Shown here: piece after piece, positions 8,488 to 17,456 of the stretch
How the letters are laid out: each line of letters starts with the position of its first letter
Numbering within the stretch: position 1 is the stretch's first letter
Assembly (NCBI GenBank): GCA_024408505.1
Contig: JAKSUZ010000002.1
Span: 65,337 to 129,336, forward strand
DNA length: 64,000 bases
DNA from: Bacilli bacterium
Lineage (GTDB): Bacteria; Bacillota_I; Bacilli_A; RFN20; CAG-826
Direction: 5' to 3'
Notes under the pieces: model-generated
What the model saw: the letters and a program-made list of their open reading frames with translations, nothing else
The model's database searches: none
What the model was told of the DNA's origin: nothing
Position numbers and translations under genes: made by a program

Positions 8488-9495
8488 ATGACTGGAAAGA
8501 AAGCAAACATCATGTTGGTGTATAAGATTTTAAAGGAATATAGTGACGATAAGAATCCTTTAACTCAACAACAAATCATTGATTTAATTAATCAAACCTA
8601 TGGCGTAGAGTTAGAGAGAAAAAGTGTCGCTAGTAGTCTACAAATACTTCGTGATGATCTTGATTATGATATTAATAAAGGTGCGAAAGGTGGCTTTTAT
8701 TTAGGTGAGAGATTATTTGAGCCTAGTGAAGTTAATTATTTAACCGATGCAATCTTTTCATCTAAAGCCTTAAGTGGAAATTATGCGAAAGATTTATATA
8801 GTAAGGTGCTTAGTGTATTATCCGTTAATTACCGAAAGAATTATCGACCGATGTATAAATGTGATGAAGTCGATCGAACTGAAGATAAAGAATTCTTTAT
8901 GACCATTGATACGATTACTCATGCGCTTAGACATAACCGTAAAATCTCTTTTAAATATATAACTTATGACGAGAACCTTAACGTGGTTCCTAGAGTTAAG
9001 AATGGAAAAGACACAACTGTTATCTCCCCATTACATATGGTGTACTCTAGGGGCTTATGTTATTTATTAGCGATTCCTGAAGAACATAAGGAATTAAAAG
9101 ATTTAACTCCTTTTAGAATCGATTATATGCGAGACGCAAAAGAAGTAGAAAATAGTCGTAGAGATAAAGCTACGCTTATTCCTAAATATAAAAATGGTTT
9201 TGATATCGCTGATTATTTAAATAACCATATTTATATATTTGGTAGCAACGAAAAAACTAAAATTAAATTATTAGTCAAGAAGCCTGATGCAATTCGATAT
9301 TTGAAAGAATGGTTTGGTAAAAGCGTAGGCTTAAAGAAAGAAGGAAATAAGATTATCGCTACTTTAACTAGCGATGAACAAACATTCTTCTTTTGGATTA
9401 TGCAATATAGTGAACACTACACATTACTTGAACCTAAGAGTTTAGTGAAAAAAGTTCGTGAAGCAGCGCAAAATATATTAGATACTTATAAGTAG
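8488..9495 (+). CDS. WYL-domain transcriptional regulator (wHTH-WYL-WCX architecture)
   Basis: N-terminal winged HTH (NPLTQQQIIDLINQTYGVELERKSVASSLQIL). Central WYL-like block ISFKYITYDENLNVV...ISPLHMVYSRGLCYLLA. C-terminal extension. GAGG RBS upstream. Confidence 0.75.
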   Translation: MTGKKANIMLVYKILKEYSDDKNPLTQQQIIDLINQTYGVELERKSVASSLQILRDDLDYDINKGAKGGFYLGERLFEPSEVNYLTDAIFSSKALSGNYAKDLYSKVLSVLSVNYRKNYRPMYKCDEVDRTEDKEFFMTIDTITHALRHNRKISFKYITYDENLNVVPRVKNGKDTTVISPLHMVYSRGLCYLLAIPEEHKELKDLTPFRIDYMRDAKEVENSRRDKATLIPKYKNGFDIADYLNNHIYIFGSNEKTKIKLLVKKPDAIRYLKEWFGKSVGLKKEGNKIIATLTSDEQTFFFWIMQYSEHYTLLEPKSLVKKVREAAQNILDTYK

Positions 9496-9503
9496 GAATA
9501 AAT

Positions 9504-11000
9504 ATGATAACTAAAACGCTTTATGTAAACTATGCATCTTGTCCAAGACAATTTTATTACGCGATGTTTCATCCGGAAGAATTAGATACCGATAGCGATT
9601 ACGCGAAGGGGATTATTCAAAAAGGCGTAATTATTGGTAAGGTTGCGCACTTATATTTTAAAGACACCGCTAAAGTTAATGTAGGTAAGATTCCTAATCT
9701 AGAACTACAAATTGAAACTACTAAGAAATTAATGCTAGATCCTAAAACTGATGCGATCGCCGAAGCTTCATTTAAATATAATGACTTATATTGCGCAGTT
9801 GATATTTTAAAAAAAGATGGAGATGGTTGGGCGATATATGAAGTTAAAGCTAGTGTAGATGCTGAAAAAGATAAATATTATCCTGATGTGGCATTTCAAA
9901 AATATGTATTAGAGAAATGTGGAATAAAAATCAATCACTGTTATTTAATGCATCTTAATCGTGATTATGTAAGACATGGAGATATTGATGTCAATCAATT
10001 GTTAATTCCTGACTCATACATATACGACGAGAAATTTATTGAAGTAGAAAAGATGATTGATTCTAATCTAGATGATGCTAGAAGGATGATTGATAATAAG
10101 CAATTACCAGACTATGGACCACACTGCACTAAAAGTTGTCCGTTCTTTGGCTTTTGCCATAAAAGCTTACCAATTCCCAACTTAACAAGTATCAATCATT
10201 TCGAAGCGAATAAGGCGCATGAATACTTTAAGCAAGGAATTGTGACTTATAAAGACGCACTCGCAGCCGGACTCGAATTAAAGACTAAAACCGGTAATCT
10301 CCGTAAAGAGGTCCAAGTTAAAGTTGGAGTAAGCGGGGTCTCTCCCTATATTAATAAAGAAGAAGTATCTAAATTCCTACATCAACTACAATATCCACTT
10401 TATCATTTAGATTTCGAAACCTATGCAGAGCCAATTCCGCCTTTTGATGGCGCGCATACATACCAAGTAGTGCCTTTCCAATATTCTCTTCATATTGAAA
10501 AGAGTCAAGGCGGGGAACTTATTCATAAAGAATTTTTAGCGGAGAAAATGGATTCAATGCGTGAACTTGCTGAACAATTATGTAAAGACATCCCGATGGA
10601 TGTAACTAGCATTGCCTTTAACGCTGCATTTGAAAGAAATGTTATTAAACATTTAGCGGAGAAGTTCCCGGATTTAAGCGAACACCTCACTAATATTCAA
10701 AATCATATTGTAGATTTAGCGATTCCGTTTATGAAAGGTTACTACTACGACATTAAACAAGGTGGATCTAATTCCATTAAATACGTCATGCCAGCCTTAT
10801 GTCCTAAAATGGAAGATGCTTATCATAATCTCCCCTTTGTTCATAACGGAGGCGAAGCGATGACTGCTTTCCCACGTATGATGGAAGAGCCTAAAGATAA
10901 CGACTATCAAAAGAAACGTCAAGGTATGTTAGATTATTGTGGACTAGACACTAAGAGCATGGTTGAAGTCCTTAACGTCTTATGGAAGGCAATTAAATAA
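9504..11000 (+). CDS. DUF2779-type protein: N-terminal Cas4/RecB-like PD-(D/E)xK Fe-S nuclease plus C-terminal RNase H-fold (DEDD-like) exonuclease domain
   Basis: Motifs C13 (SCPRQFYY), D100 (AVDIL), E113-x-K115 (YEVKAS), QxxxY (FQKYV) and Cys cluster HCTKSCPFFGFC. C-terminal half has LYHLDFETY...YQVVPFQYSLH, the block I associate with DUF2779. Starts 8 nt after the WYL gene stop. Confidence 0.7.
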   Translation: MITKTLYVNYASCPRQFYYAMFHPEELDTDSDYAKGIIQKGVIIGKVAHLYFKDTAKVNVGKIPNLELQIETTKKLMLDPKTDAIAEASFKYNDLYCAVDILKKDGDGWAIYEVKASVDAEKDKYYPDVAFQKYVLEKCGIKINHCYLMHLNRDYVRHGDIDVNQLLIPDSYIYDEKFIEVEKMIDSNLDDARRMIDNKQLPDYGPHCTKSCPFFGFCHKSLPIPNLTSINHFEANKAHEYFKQGIVTYKDALAAGLELKTKTGNLRKEVQVKVGVSGVSPYINKEEVSKFLHQLQYPLYHLDFETYAEPIPPFDGAHTYQVVPFQYSLHIEKSQGGELIHKEFLAEKMDSMRELAEQLCKDIPMDVTSIAFNAAFERNVIKHLAEKFPDLSEHLTNIQNHIVDLAIPFMKGYYYDIKQGGSNSIKYVMPALCPKMEDAYHNLPFVHNGGEAMTAFPRMMEEPKDNDYQKKRQGMLDYCGLDTKSMVEVLNVLWKAIK

Positions 11001-11360
11001 TTAACCATTTTTAGTTTTTTTAGCTTTATTTAACAAGTTGAAAGTTTCAACCGTCAATATTGGTCGCCAATTGGTACTCTGATTTAAAACTCTGATTATT
11101 TCTATTGCACGGGTCAAATTATTCACTGAATAATAAACTATATAGTCATTAACGATTAAATAACGTGCATCAAAACTCGCAAAGAAAGATTTATTGTGTA
11201 TTCTTTTTCCTAATTCAGGGAATGTAGGCAATAATCTAATTTGCTTAACAATATTTTTAGTAACTGTTTTTGCGGAATGAGGATTTAAAAAGGATATATA
11301 AGAATAAACTTCTTTCATATCCCTCCTCGCGCTTAAAGAAATGGTGAGGGTATATTTCAT
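11001..11360 (-). CDS. type II toxin, RelE/ParE family
   Basis: 119 aa. Overlaps the upstream antitoxin gene by 4 nt. ParE-like pattern (A..D..E.Y.YI...NP..A...... LP.FPELG...... RYLIVNDYIVYY). Confidence 0.75.
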   Translation of the reverse strand: MKYTLTISLSARRDMKEVYSYISFLNPHSAKTVTKNIVKQIRLLPTFPELGKRIHNKSFFASFDARYLIVNDYIVYYSVNNLTRAIEIIRVLNQSTNWRPILTVETFNLLNKAKKTKNG

Positions 11361-11605
11361 AATCCTAGATCTTTTTCAATATCTTCAATTGTACAAGTGC
11401 GACCGTGTCTAATGTCATCGATTCCTTGCAAAAGTTTTTTCTGCAAATCCAGTGTTTCTAAAAGAATCTCCAATGACCCCGCGTCCATAAGGACAGTATC
11501 TTCTTTTCCGTTTACCGTAATGTATACAGGCTGTTTGGTTTTTTTAACGTAAGCGGACATTTCTTTATAGTTATTACGTAAATCCGCTGATGGTCTAATA
11601 TTCAT
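11357..11605 (-). CDS. type II antitoxin, Phd/YefM family
   Basis: 82 aa. N-terminus IRPSADLRNNYKEMSAYVKKTKQPVYITVNGKEDTVLMD is typical of Phd/YefM antitoxins. Sits upstream of and overlapping the toxin gene. Confidence 0.75.
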   Translation of the reverse strand: MNIRPSADLRNNYKEMSAYVKKTKQPVYITVNGKEDTVLMDAGSLEILLETLDLQKKLLQGIDDIRHGRTCTIEDIEKDLGL

Positions 11606-11650
11606 AATATTACCTCCAATAAGATATCATAATTATATCATGACATTATT

Positions 11651-11682
11651 TAAAATAAAAACTCGCTCATTGCTGGGCGAGT
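11651..11682 (-). terminator. rho-independent terminator downstream of the 11698-13122 gene
   Basis: 8-bp stem ACTCGCTC/GGGCGAGT (11661-11682) with a 6-nt loop. On the minus strand it is followed by TTTTATTTTA. Confidence 0.7.
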
Positions 11683-11697
11683 TTTCTAATAGATTAA

Positions 11698-13122
11698 TTA
11701 AGGATTACAAACAATCCAACCATTAGGGATATGGCTAGAATCGCCATATGTTCCAGAATTTTTTAGTCTCTTAAGATTGGTTTCGCCATTCCAGATAAAA
11801 TATTTAGGACCATAAAATTCGCCTGTATCATTGGCCAACCAATCGGTCGTGTTACAACTCCAATTGGCAGAACCAGCAGTACCCGAATTAAGTTCAATTA
11901 AATTTAATTTAGGGCAGTTTTTAAACATGCTTGAATCCGCGAACGAGAAAATGTGCGCTTCCTCCAAATTAGAACAACCCTCAAACATACCGTTAAAAGT
12001 TTCGTGGTAAAATGCAATAGAGGCAGAATTAGTTGTAAGAATTAAGGGCGCTTTTGTTAAATATTTACAATTCTTAAACGCATGTTCAAACGCCTTGCCT
12101 CCAGGTTCAAAACCTTGACCAGAACTTCCTGAATTATCGCTTTTAGGGACTGCTGGCGCAGTTTTTATAGGAAAACCATTAAAGAAATCAGCAAAACCTT
12201 CCACTGGAATTCTCGTATTAAAATCTAATAAGGAAAGTAAATTTCCAGAAGCATTGAGTGTTACATTATTTGTATCACAAATAAATTGAGCATGGCCGGT
12301 AGAGATATATGGCCACTCTGTTGATGTTGTTGTAACGAGATATTTGTCGCGATTCCAAAAACGAATTTGATCACCAGCATTCAATATTGGCAAAGATTTA
12401 GTTACGTCATTCCATTTTGTCCAATTCGCTGACGCTGGGTCTTGCCATTTTTCACCAGCCTTACGTATTTGATAATATAGATTGTTACACGATATTGTGG
12501 ACCCAAGCGTTAGTATTAATTTTAAATGCATCGTCGTACCATCATCATTAGCGGTGAGTGTGAAATATTTTTCGTATGCTTCAGCGCTAATTTCGATTGG
12601 ACCAGTAATCGCATCTTTTTTAATTGTTATTTCTGTTCGAGGAACGGGGTCTATATATGATTTTGGCGTAAAATTTCGATACAGTCTGCCGCTTATCGAA
12701 ACATCAAAGAACGGCGCATCGGTCGGAATTGTCCACTCTTGAGAATAGTAACCATCATTGAGATAGAAATTAATAATTAAATCGTTGGTGTGTTCCGCAA
12801 CGGTTTTGGCAATTTTTAATGTTTTTGAATGAAGTACAATATCATCGTAGGTATCACTCCATTTTGCGTATAGAGTCACGTTGCTACAAATCGGTTGATC
12901 AAAATTAAATTTGCATTTAAAACTATCGTTATCAAGATACCAGCCTTCAAAATTATGTCCTTCTTTAGTTGGATTATCAGGAACTTCCACTGGCGAATCC
13001 ATCGCAATGGTTTGTGAAGCGATTTCACTTCCACCGTTTGTGTCAAAAGTGACTTGGCAGCCATTATTACAACTAACTAATGGAGCAGTTATGAACGGAA
13101 TTATTAATAATGCTTTTTTCAT
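11698..13122 (-). CDS. lipoprotein with an N-terminal Listeria-Bacteroides (Flg_new) repeat and C-terminal BspA-type LRR-like repeats
   Basis: Lipobox ITAPLVSC. VTFDTNGGSEI...P.NPTKEGHNFEGWYLD....F.F..PI..NVTLYAKW. C-terminal FKNCKYL / FEGCSNL / FKNCPKL repeats. Paralog of the next gene. Confidence 0.7.
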   Translation of the reverse strand: MKKALLIIPFITAPLVSCNNGCQVTFDTNGGSEIASQTIAMDSPVEVPDNPTKEGHNFEGWYLDNDSFKCKFNFDQPICSNVTLYAKWSDTYDDIVLHSKTLKIAKTVAEHTNDLIINFYLNDGYYSQEWTIPTDAPFFDVSISGRLYRNFTPKSYIDPVPRTEITIKKDAITGPIEISAEAYEKYFTLTANDDGTTMHLKLILTLGSTISCNNLYYQIRKAGEKWQDPASANWTKWNDVTKSLPILNAGDQIRFWNRDKYLVTTTSTEWPYISTGHAQFICDTNNVTLNASGNLLSLLDFNTRIPVEGFADFFNGFPIKTAPAVPKSDNSGSSGQGFEPGGKAFEHAFKNCKYLTKAPLILTTNSASIAFYHETFNGMFEGCSNLEEAHIFSFADSSMFKNCPKLNLIELNSGTAGSANWSCNTTDWLANDTGEFYGPKYFIWNGETNLKRLKNSGTYGDSSHIPNGWIVCNP

Positions 13123-13135
13123 AATCTAATCTCCT

Positions 13136-14488
13136 TTACCCACCAATGCACTCCACGCCCCAGTTATCAGGAATAGGTTTATCTTCTCCATAAACACCCG
13201 CTTCCGTTAAAGCTTCGATATTATCAGTGCCGTACCAACGTAAAATAGCATAATGGCCCGCACTTAAAGTGGGTAGCCAGCTCTCGTTACCGCCAGGGGC
13301 GCCGCTAGGCCACGTAGTGGAACCTTTATTGCCAAACCCTACTGTAACACTTGTAATATTAGAACAACCTTTAAACATTTGTGCATATGCGTTTTTTGCT
13401 AATTCATTCGCTGGTAAATCGGCGCTCGTTAGTTCTGGACAATCTGCAAACATATTACCATAGCAACGATCTAAATCTTTCAAATTTGTCGCTGGTAAAA
13501 ACGGCGTTGAAGTAATATGAGGACATTCACTAAACATGCCTTGGTAACAATGATCACTTAAAGCAATGCTCGATAAAACTGGGAAAGTAGTTAATGGGAA
13601 ACCTTGAAACAAATTATAAAAACAATATGAAGTAGGGGATCCAAACCTGATCAATGAATCAATATCACCAGATACTTTAATCTTTTTATTTTCTTCGCTT
13701 ACAAAAGTAACATAATTATTTTGGTCTGTACTCAAGCTAGCCTTCATCCCTCTAACTTTAATTGGTTTTGCTTCCGATATGACAAGTGGAGTGCCTGCTT
13801 GCCACGGCTTCCATTCGCCATTTTCGTTGATGTATTCGAGTTTAGTGTCAACACTGCCGTGGCACTCATAAGATACTTTAGCGCCGGGATCGCTTGGATC
13901 TGACGAGAAAGTTAAGTATTTTTCATAGGCGTTGGTTTGGATGTTGATTGGTCCGTCGATATCGGCCTTTTTAATAGTTAAGCGCGTAGTGTAATTATCT
14001 TCAGTAGAATAAATAGTGTCAACCGTAAAATTATTATAAGATTTACCAGCGATTGTTACAGTATAGAATTCTTTGGCAATCGGAATTGAATAATCATCCT
14101 TATTTATCCCATCCTTGAATGTAAAGTTGCATACTAAATCTTCATATCTAGGCACTGAGGTTTTATCAATATCTAGATTGGTCGAAGCAAACGTAACTGG
14201 GTAGCTGCGTTCCCATTTGCCATATAGCTTTAGATTAGAACAAATGGTGGTACTAAAATCAAAACGATATTCAAAAGTCCGGTTGTCGTAATACCAGCCT
14301 TGGAAAATGTAATTATCTCTTGGCGGTAGCTCTGGTTCGAAAGCCGTGCCACCATGCTTAACGATTTGGCTTGCGACCTTTGACGTTGAGTTTGAAACAA
14401 ACTCTACGATGTAACTTTCTTTATTAATCCCACAACTAAAAATCAAAGGAGCTAGAAGTGGCATGGCTGATAAGACATTTATTCTCAT
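13136..14488 (-). CDS. lipoprotein paralog (Flg_new repeat plus BspA-type LRR-like C-terminus)
   Basis: Signal/lipobox LLAPLIFSC. VEFVSNSTS...PPRDNYIFQGWYYD...FDF...I.SNLKLYGKW. FSECPHI / FADCPEL / FKGCSNI repeats. Confidence 0.7.
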   Translation of the reverse strand: MRINVLSAMPLLAPLIFSCGINKESYIVEFVSNSTSKVASQIVKHGGTAFEPELPPRDNYIFQGWYYDNRTFEYRFDFSTTICSNLKLYGKWERSYPVTFASTNLDIDKTSVPRYEDLVCNFTFKDGINKDDYSIPIAKEFYTVTIAGKSYNNFTVDTIYSTEDNYTTRLTIKKADIDGPINIQTNAYEKYLTFSSDPSDPGAKVSYECHGSVDTKLEYINENGEWKPWQAGTPLVISEAKPIKVRGMKASLSTDQNNYVTFVSEENKKIKVSGDIDSLIRFGSPTSYCFYNLFQGFPLTTFPVLSSIALSDHCYQGMFSECPHITSTPFLPATNLKDLDRCYGNMFADCPELTSADLPANELAKNAYAQMFKGCSNITSVTVGFGNKGSTTWPSGAPGGNESWLPTLSAGHYAILRWYGTDNIEALTEAGVYGEDKPIPDNWGVECIGG

Positions 14489-14532
14489 ACATTATCCCTC
14501 CAATATTCCATAGAAATAAGCATCTAACTTAA

Positions 14533-15684
14533 TTATTTTTGTGTTTTTGCAAACAAATCTCCGTGTCTTTCGCGAAGAAGATTATAGAGTAAAACCACAA
14601 TACAAACCGCTCCAACCGCAAGTGTATTGGTGGTCGCAGCGCTTAAAATGGCTTTGTAACCATTGCCATAGAATGTTTCAACCAGTGAACGAGATAAGAC
14701 ACCACAGACGACTGACATAATAATCATAGTGTCAACCGAAATCCATAACATCACTCGTCTATTGGTGAAAGTGTTATAAATCGCAAAGAATAAAGAAACA
14801 ATCGTTAAAGAACCAGTAATAATTGCTGGAATAGCGTAACCACGAATTGCCACTAATACCTCGTACGAACCAGATATATAGGCTTTAGTAACGATATCAA
14901 AAATGTTTTGGTGATAGACAATAGCGTATGGTTCAGTAGCTGTATAATCCATGTAAGAATAATTTAAGTAACTTGATGTACCGACGAAGGCCACAACAAT
15001 TAATAAAGCGGTCGCAATTCTAAAGGTAATGTATCTTGTTAAATCAACATTATCTACTTTTTCAAGTTGCGGTGCCTCTTCCATGGCAACACCAATTATT
15101 CCGAAAATTAGACCCAAAATAATTAAAATTGAACCCCATCCCATGTTAGTGAAAACTTTTCCACCAGTGAAAGGGTTGTATTCAGAATTATAGAAGTTGA
15201 ATCTAACTAAAACGAGATATTGCAAAGCGGGAATAAAAGAAAATAAGAACATCTTGCGTGAGGATAAAGTCGCAAATTTATTGTTATGGTAGGATTGAAA
15301 TATTTTGATGGCGCACACAATCATAGTGATAGCAATGCCACCAATCGCAACCATGCAAGAAATACCTAAAACAAGGCATCTAAACATTGTAAAACCATAA
15401 CCAGCTAGGTTAGATCCGTGATAGGCTAAGAGTTCAACCCACATCTTATCGAAGAAATAAAGAAAATCGGCATCATAATGCACTTGGGTTTCTGGTAAAA
15501 TGCCTTGAATATTGCACAAAATCGGGCCAAAAACCCCAACAAAAGTCAAAGCGAAAAACAGCACCATTGCAAGCTTTGAAAATAGCTTTATGCCAAGGAC
15601 TCTAATTCCTCTAAAACGATATCCGCAATTCGCACAACGAATACTGCCATCTGGGTTATTTGTATGACATTTTGGGCATTCCAT
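14533..15684 (-). CDS. polytopic membrane protein with an N-terminal zinc ribbon
   Basis: MECPKCHTNNPDGSIRCANCGYRF followed by about 9-10 TM helices. Start set at the ATG at 15684 (ORF-track start 15741). Confidence 0.6.
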   Translation of the reverse strand: MECPKCHTNNPDGSIRCANCGYRFRGIRVLGIKLFSKLAMVLFFALTFVGVFGPILCNIQGILPETQVHYDADFLYFFDKMWVELLAYHGSNLAGYGFTMFRCLVLGISCMVAIGGIAITMIVCAIKIFQSYHNNKFATLSSRKMFLFSFIPALQYLVLVRFNFYNSEYNPFTGGKVFTNMGWGSILIILGLIFGIIGVAMEEAPQLEKVDNVDLTRYITFRIATALLIVVAFVGTSSYLNYSYMDYTATEPYAIVYHQNIFDIVTKAYISGSYEVLVAIRGYAIPAIITGSLTIVSLFFAIYNTFTNRRVMLWISVDTMIIMSVVCGVLSRSLVETFYGNGYKAILSAATTNTLAVGAVCIVVLLYNLLRERHGDLFAKTQK

Positions 15685-15811
15685 AATACACCTCGCAAAA
15701 ACTCGATTACCATTATAACAAGACAGTTTTCCTCTTGTCAATTATATTGACAATTAATCAAAAACTCAATAAACTTAAATCATAGTATTTTATAATATTG
15801 GGAGTTTTGTT

Positions 15812-17380
15812 ATGAGCGAAGAAGTAAAAACTAAACCAGTCAGAAAAGCGTTAAGCAAAAAGGCGAAGGTTGCTTTAATTGCCGTTTCAGGCGTAGTTTT
15901 ATTAGCTGGCGGCATTACAGCGGGTATATTTTCAAACCAAATACTTGACATCATTAACAGGTGGGATGACGACATAGCTATTGCTAATGTTAACGATGAA
16001 TGCAAAACCGAAATCGGCGAATTCGAAGATGACGAAGAAGGACTATTGCCATATAAATATTTAGGCTCCACTGAGACTAAACCTTCTCACCCAATAGAAG
16101 GATATGAGGATAGTGAAGTTCTCTCTGCCCATACTTTCTTAATCGGGCGTGTCGCAAGCGTTCCTTTTTATAATTCCGCTTGGATTAAATTCGATTACGA
16201 AAATATCGGCATTCGGATTACGTATTCACAAATTACCACCACCAGTATCGCTAATTCGTTAGGCTCGATGCAAGAAAGAACTCAATCAACCCATTGGAAA
16301 GAGTCTTCAAAATTTGAAGAAAAGTTTTATACTTCCGCAAAAGGTGGCATCGGACCAATTAAATTAAATGCCGAAAACACCATCAACTATCAAATGACCA
16401 CCGAGATGGAGAGTGAGTTATCCTCTAAATACGTTTCTAGTTCTGAACAAACCACCACATCAATTGAAACTTTACAAAAGTCATCCGATTATTCAATTCA
16501 ATTAAATTCAAAGAACGGATTTAAGAAAGGTAAATATTATCGTTTAACTTTGCAACAAACCGCATCAATGTATATGGTCATTTATGAAAATTCAGCAAAA
16601 GAGACAACAAACGATTCAAATGCTAAATTCTACGAACTTGTCAGTTATTTAGCGAACCCTAGTGACTATGTAATGGTAATTGAAGAAGCAGATGAACCTG
16701 ATCCCAAAACAGAAAAAACCGAAGAAGAAAAATTTGATCCTTATCTTTATGAAGATTGTGCTAACTGGATTGAACAACAACGCGAAGATGAACTGGACGG
16801 CGGAGTCTCCCGATTAAAATGGATTATCACCGAAGAAGATCCGGTACCACCAACTCGTAAAGAGATATTAGATCCTTACTTTAAAGATGTTGATAGAGTG
16901 GAAAGCGATCTTTATGTAAGAAACTATGCCCGTAGCATTTCTGATGTTGGCAAGACAAACAATTACAGTGACCGCGTAACTTTCCCAACTCTATTCAAGA
17001 GTAAAAAATCTCCTACATTTGCCGAATTATTTAATTCGCCCAATGAACCGGACGAGAGATATCAAGGTTATGGGTTTAAATTTGTTGATCTTGAAATACA
17101 ACTAAATGCATACCAAAAAGATGACGGCAATGCGCACGTCATACTAGTGGATAAAGATAGAAACAACATTAAGGAATGGAAAGAAGACCTCCCCGATGAC
17201 TGCAGCATCAAGCAATACCACTATAAATATGAAGGTCTTGACGCATTGAATAAACTTCGTACCACTATCGTTCCATCCAAAGCCGATGGCTGGATTGAAA
17301 TAATGTACGACGCATCTGGCAAAGACTTTGACTGGTGGGTTAACCAAGACTTCACATTGAAAGTTTGGATTTATAAGTAA
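15812..17380 (+). CDS. N-terminally anchored (type II) extracytoplasmic protein of unknown function (522 aa)
   Basis: TATAAT and GGGAG lie upstream. One TM helix (VALIAVSGVVLLAGGITAGIF). Ser/Thr-rich central region, acidic linker, C-terminal beta-rich domain. No family recognised. Confidence 0.6.
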   Translation: MSEEVKTKPVRKALSKKAKVALIAVSGVVLLAGGITAGIFSNQILDIINRWDDDIAIANVNDECKTEIGEFEDDEEGLLPYKYLGSTETKPSHPIEGYEDSEVLSAHTFLIGRVASVPFYNSAWIKFDYENIGIRITYSQITTTSIANSLGSMQERTQSTHWKESSKFEEKFYTSAKGGIGPIKLNAENTINYQMTTEMESELSSKYVSSSEQTTTSIETLQKSSDYSIQLNSKNGFKKGKYYRLTLQQTASMYMVIYENSAKETTNDSNAKFYELVSYLANPSDYVMVIEEADEPDPKTEKTEEEKFDPYLYEDCANWIEQQREDELDGGVSRLKWIITEEDPVPPTRKEILDPYFKDVDRVESDLYVRNYARSISDVGKTNNYSDRVTFPTLFKSKKSPTFAELFNSPNEPDERYQGYGFKFVDLEIQLNAYQKDDGNAHVILVDKDRNNIKEWKEDLPDDCSIKQYHYKYEGLDALNKLRTTIVPSKADGWIEIMYDASGKDFDWWVNQDFTLKVWIYK

Positions 17381-17388
17381 ACAAGAAT

Positions 17389-17417
17389 AAGAGGCGATGA
17401 AAATTGCCTCTTTTTTT
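17389..17417 (+). terminator. rho-independent terminator
   Basis: Stem AAGAGGC/GCCTCTT with a 10-nt loop, followed by a T7 run. Confidence 0.8.
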
Positions 17418-17456
17418 ATTTTTCCTATTTTTAAATAAAAAATATATAATATTTTT

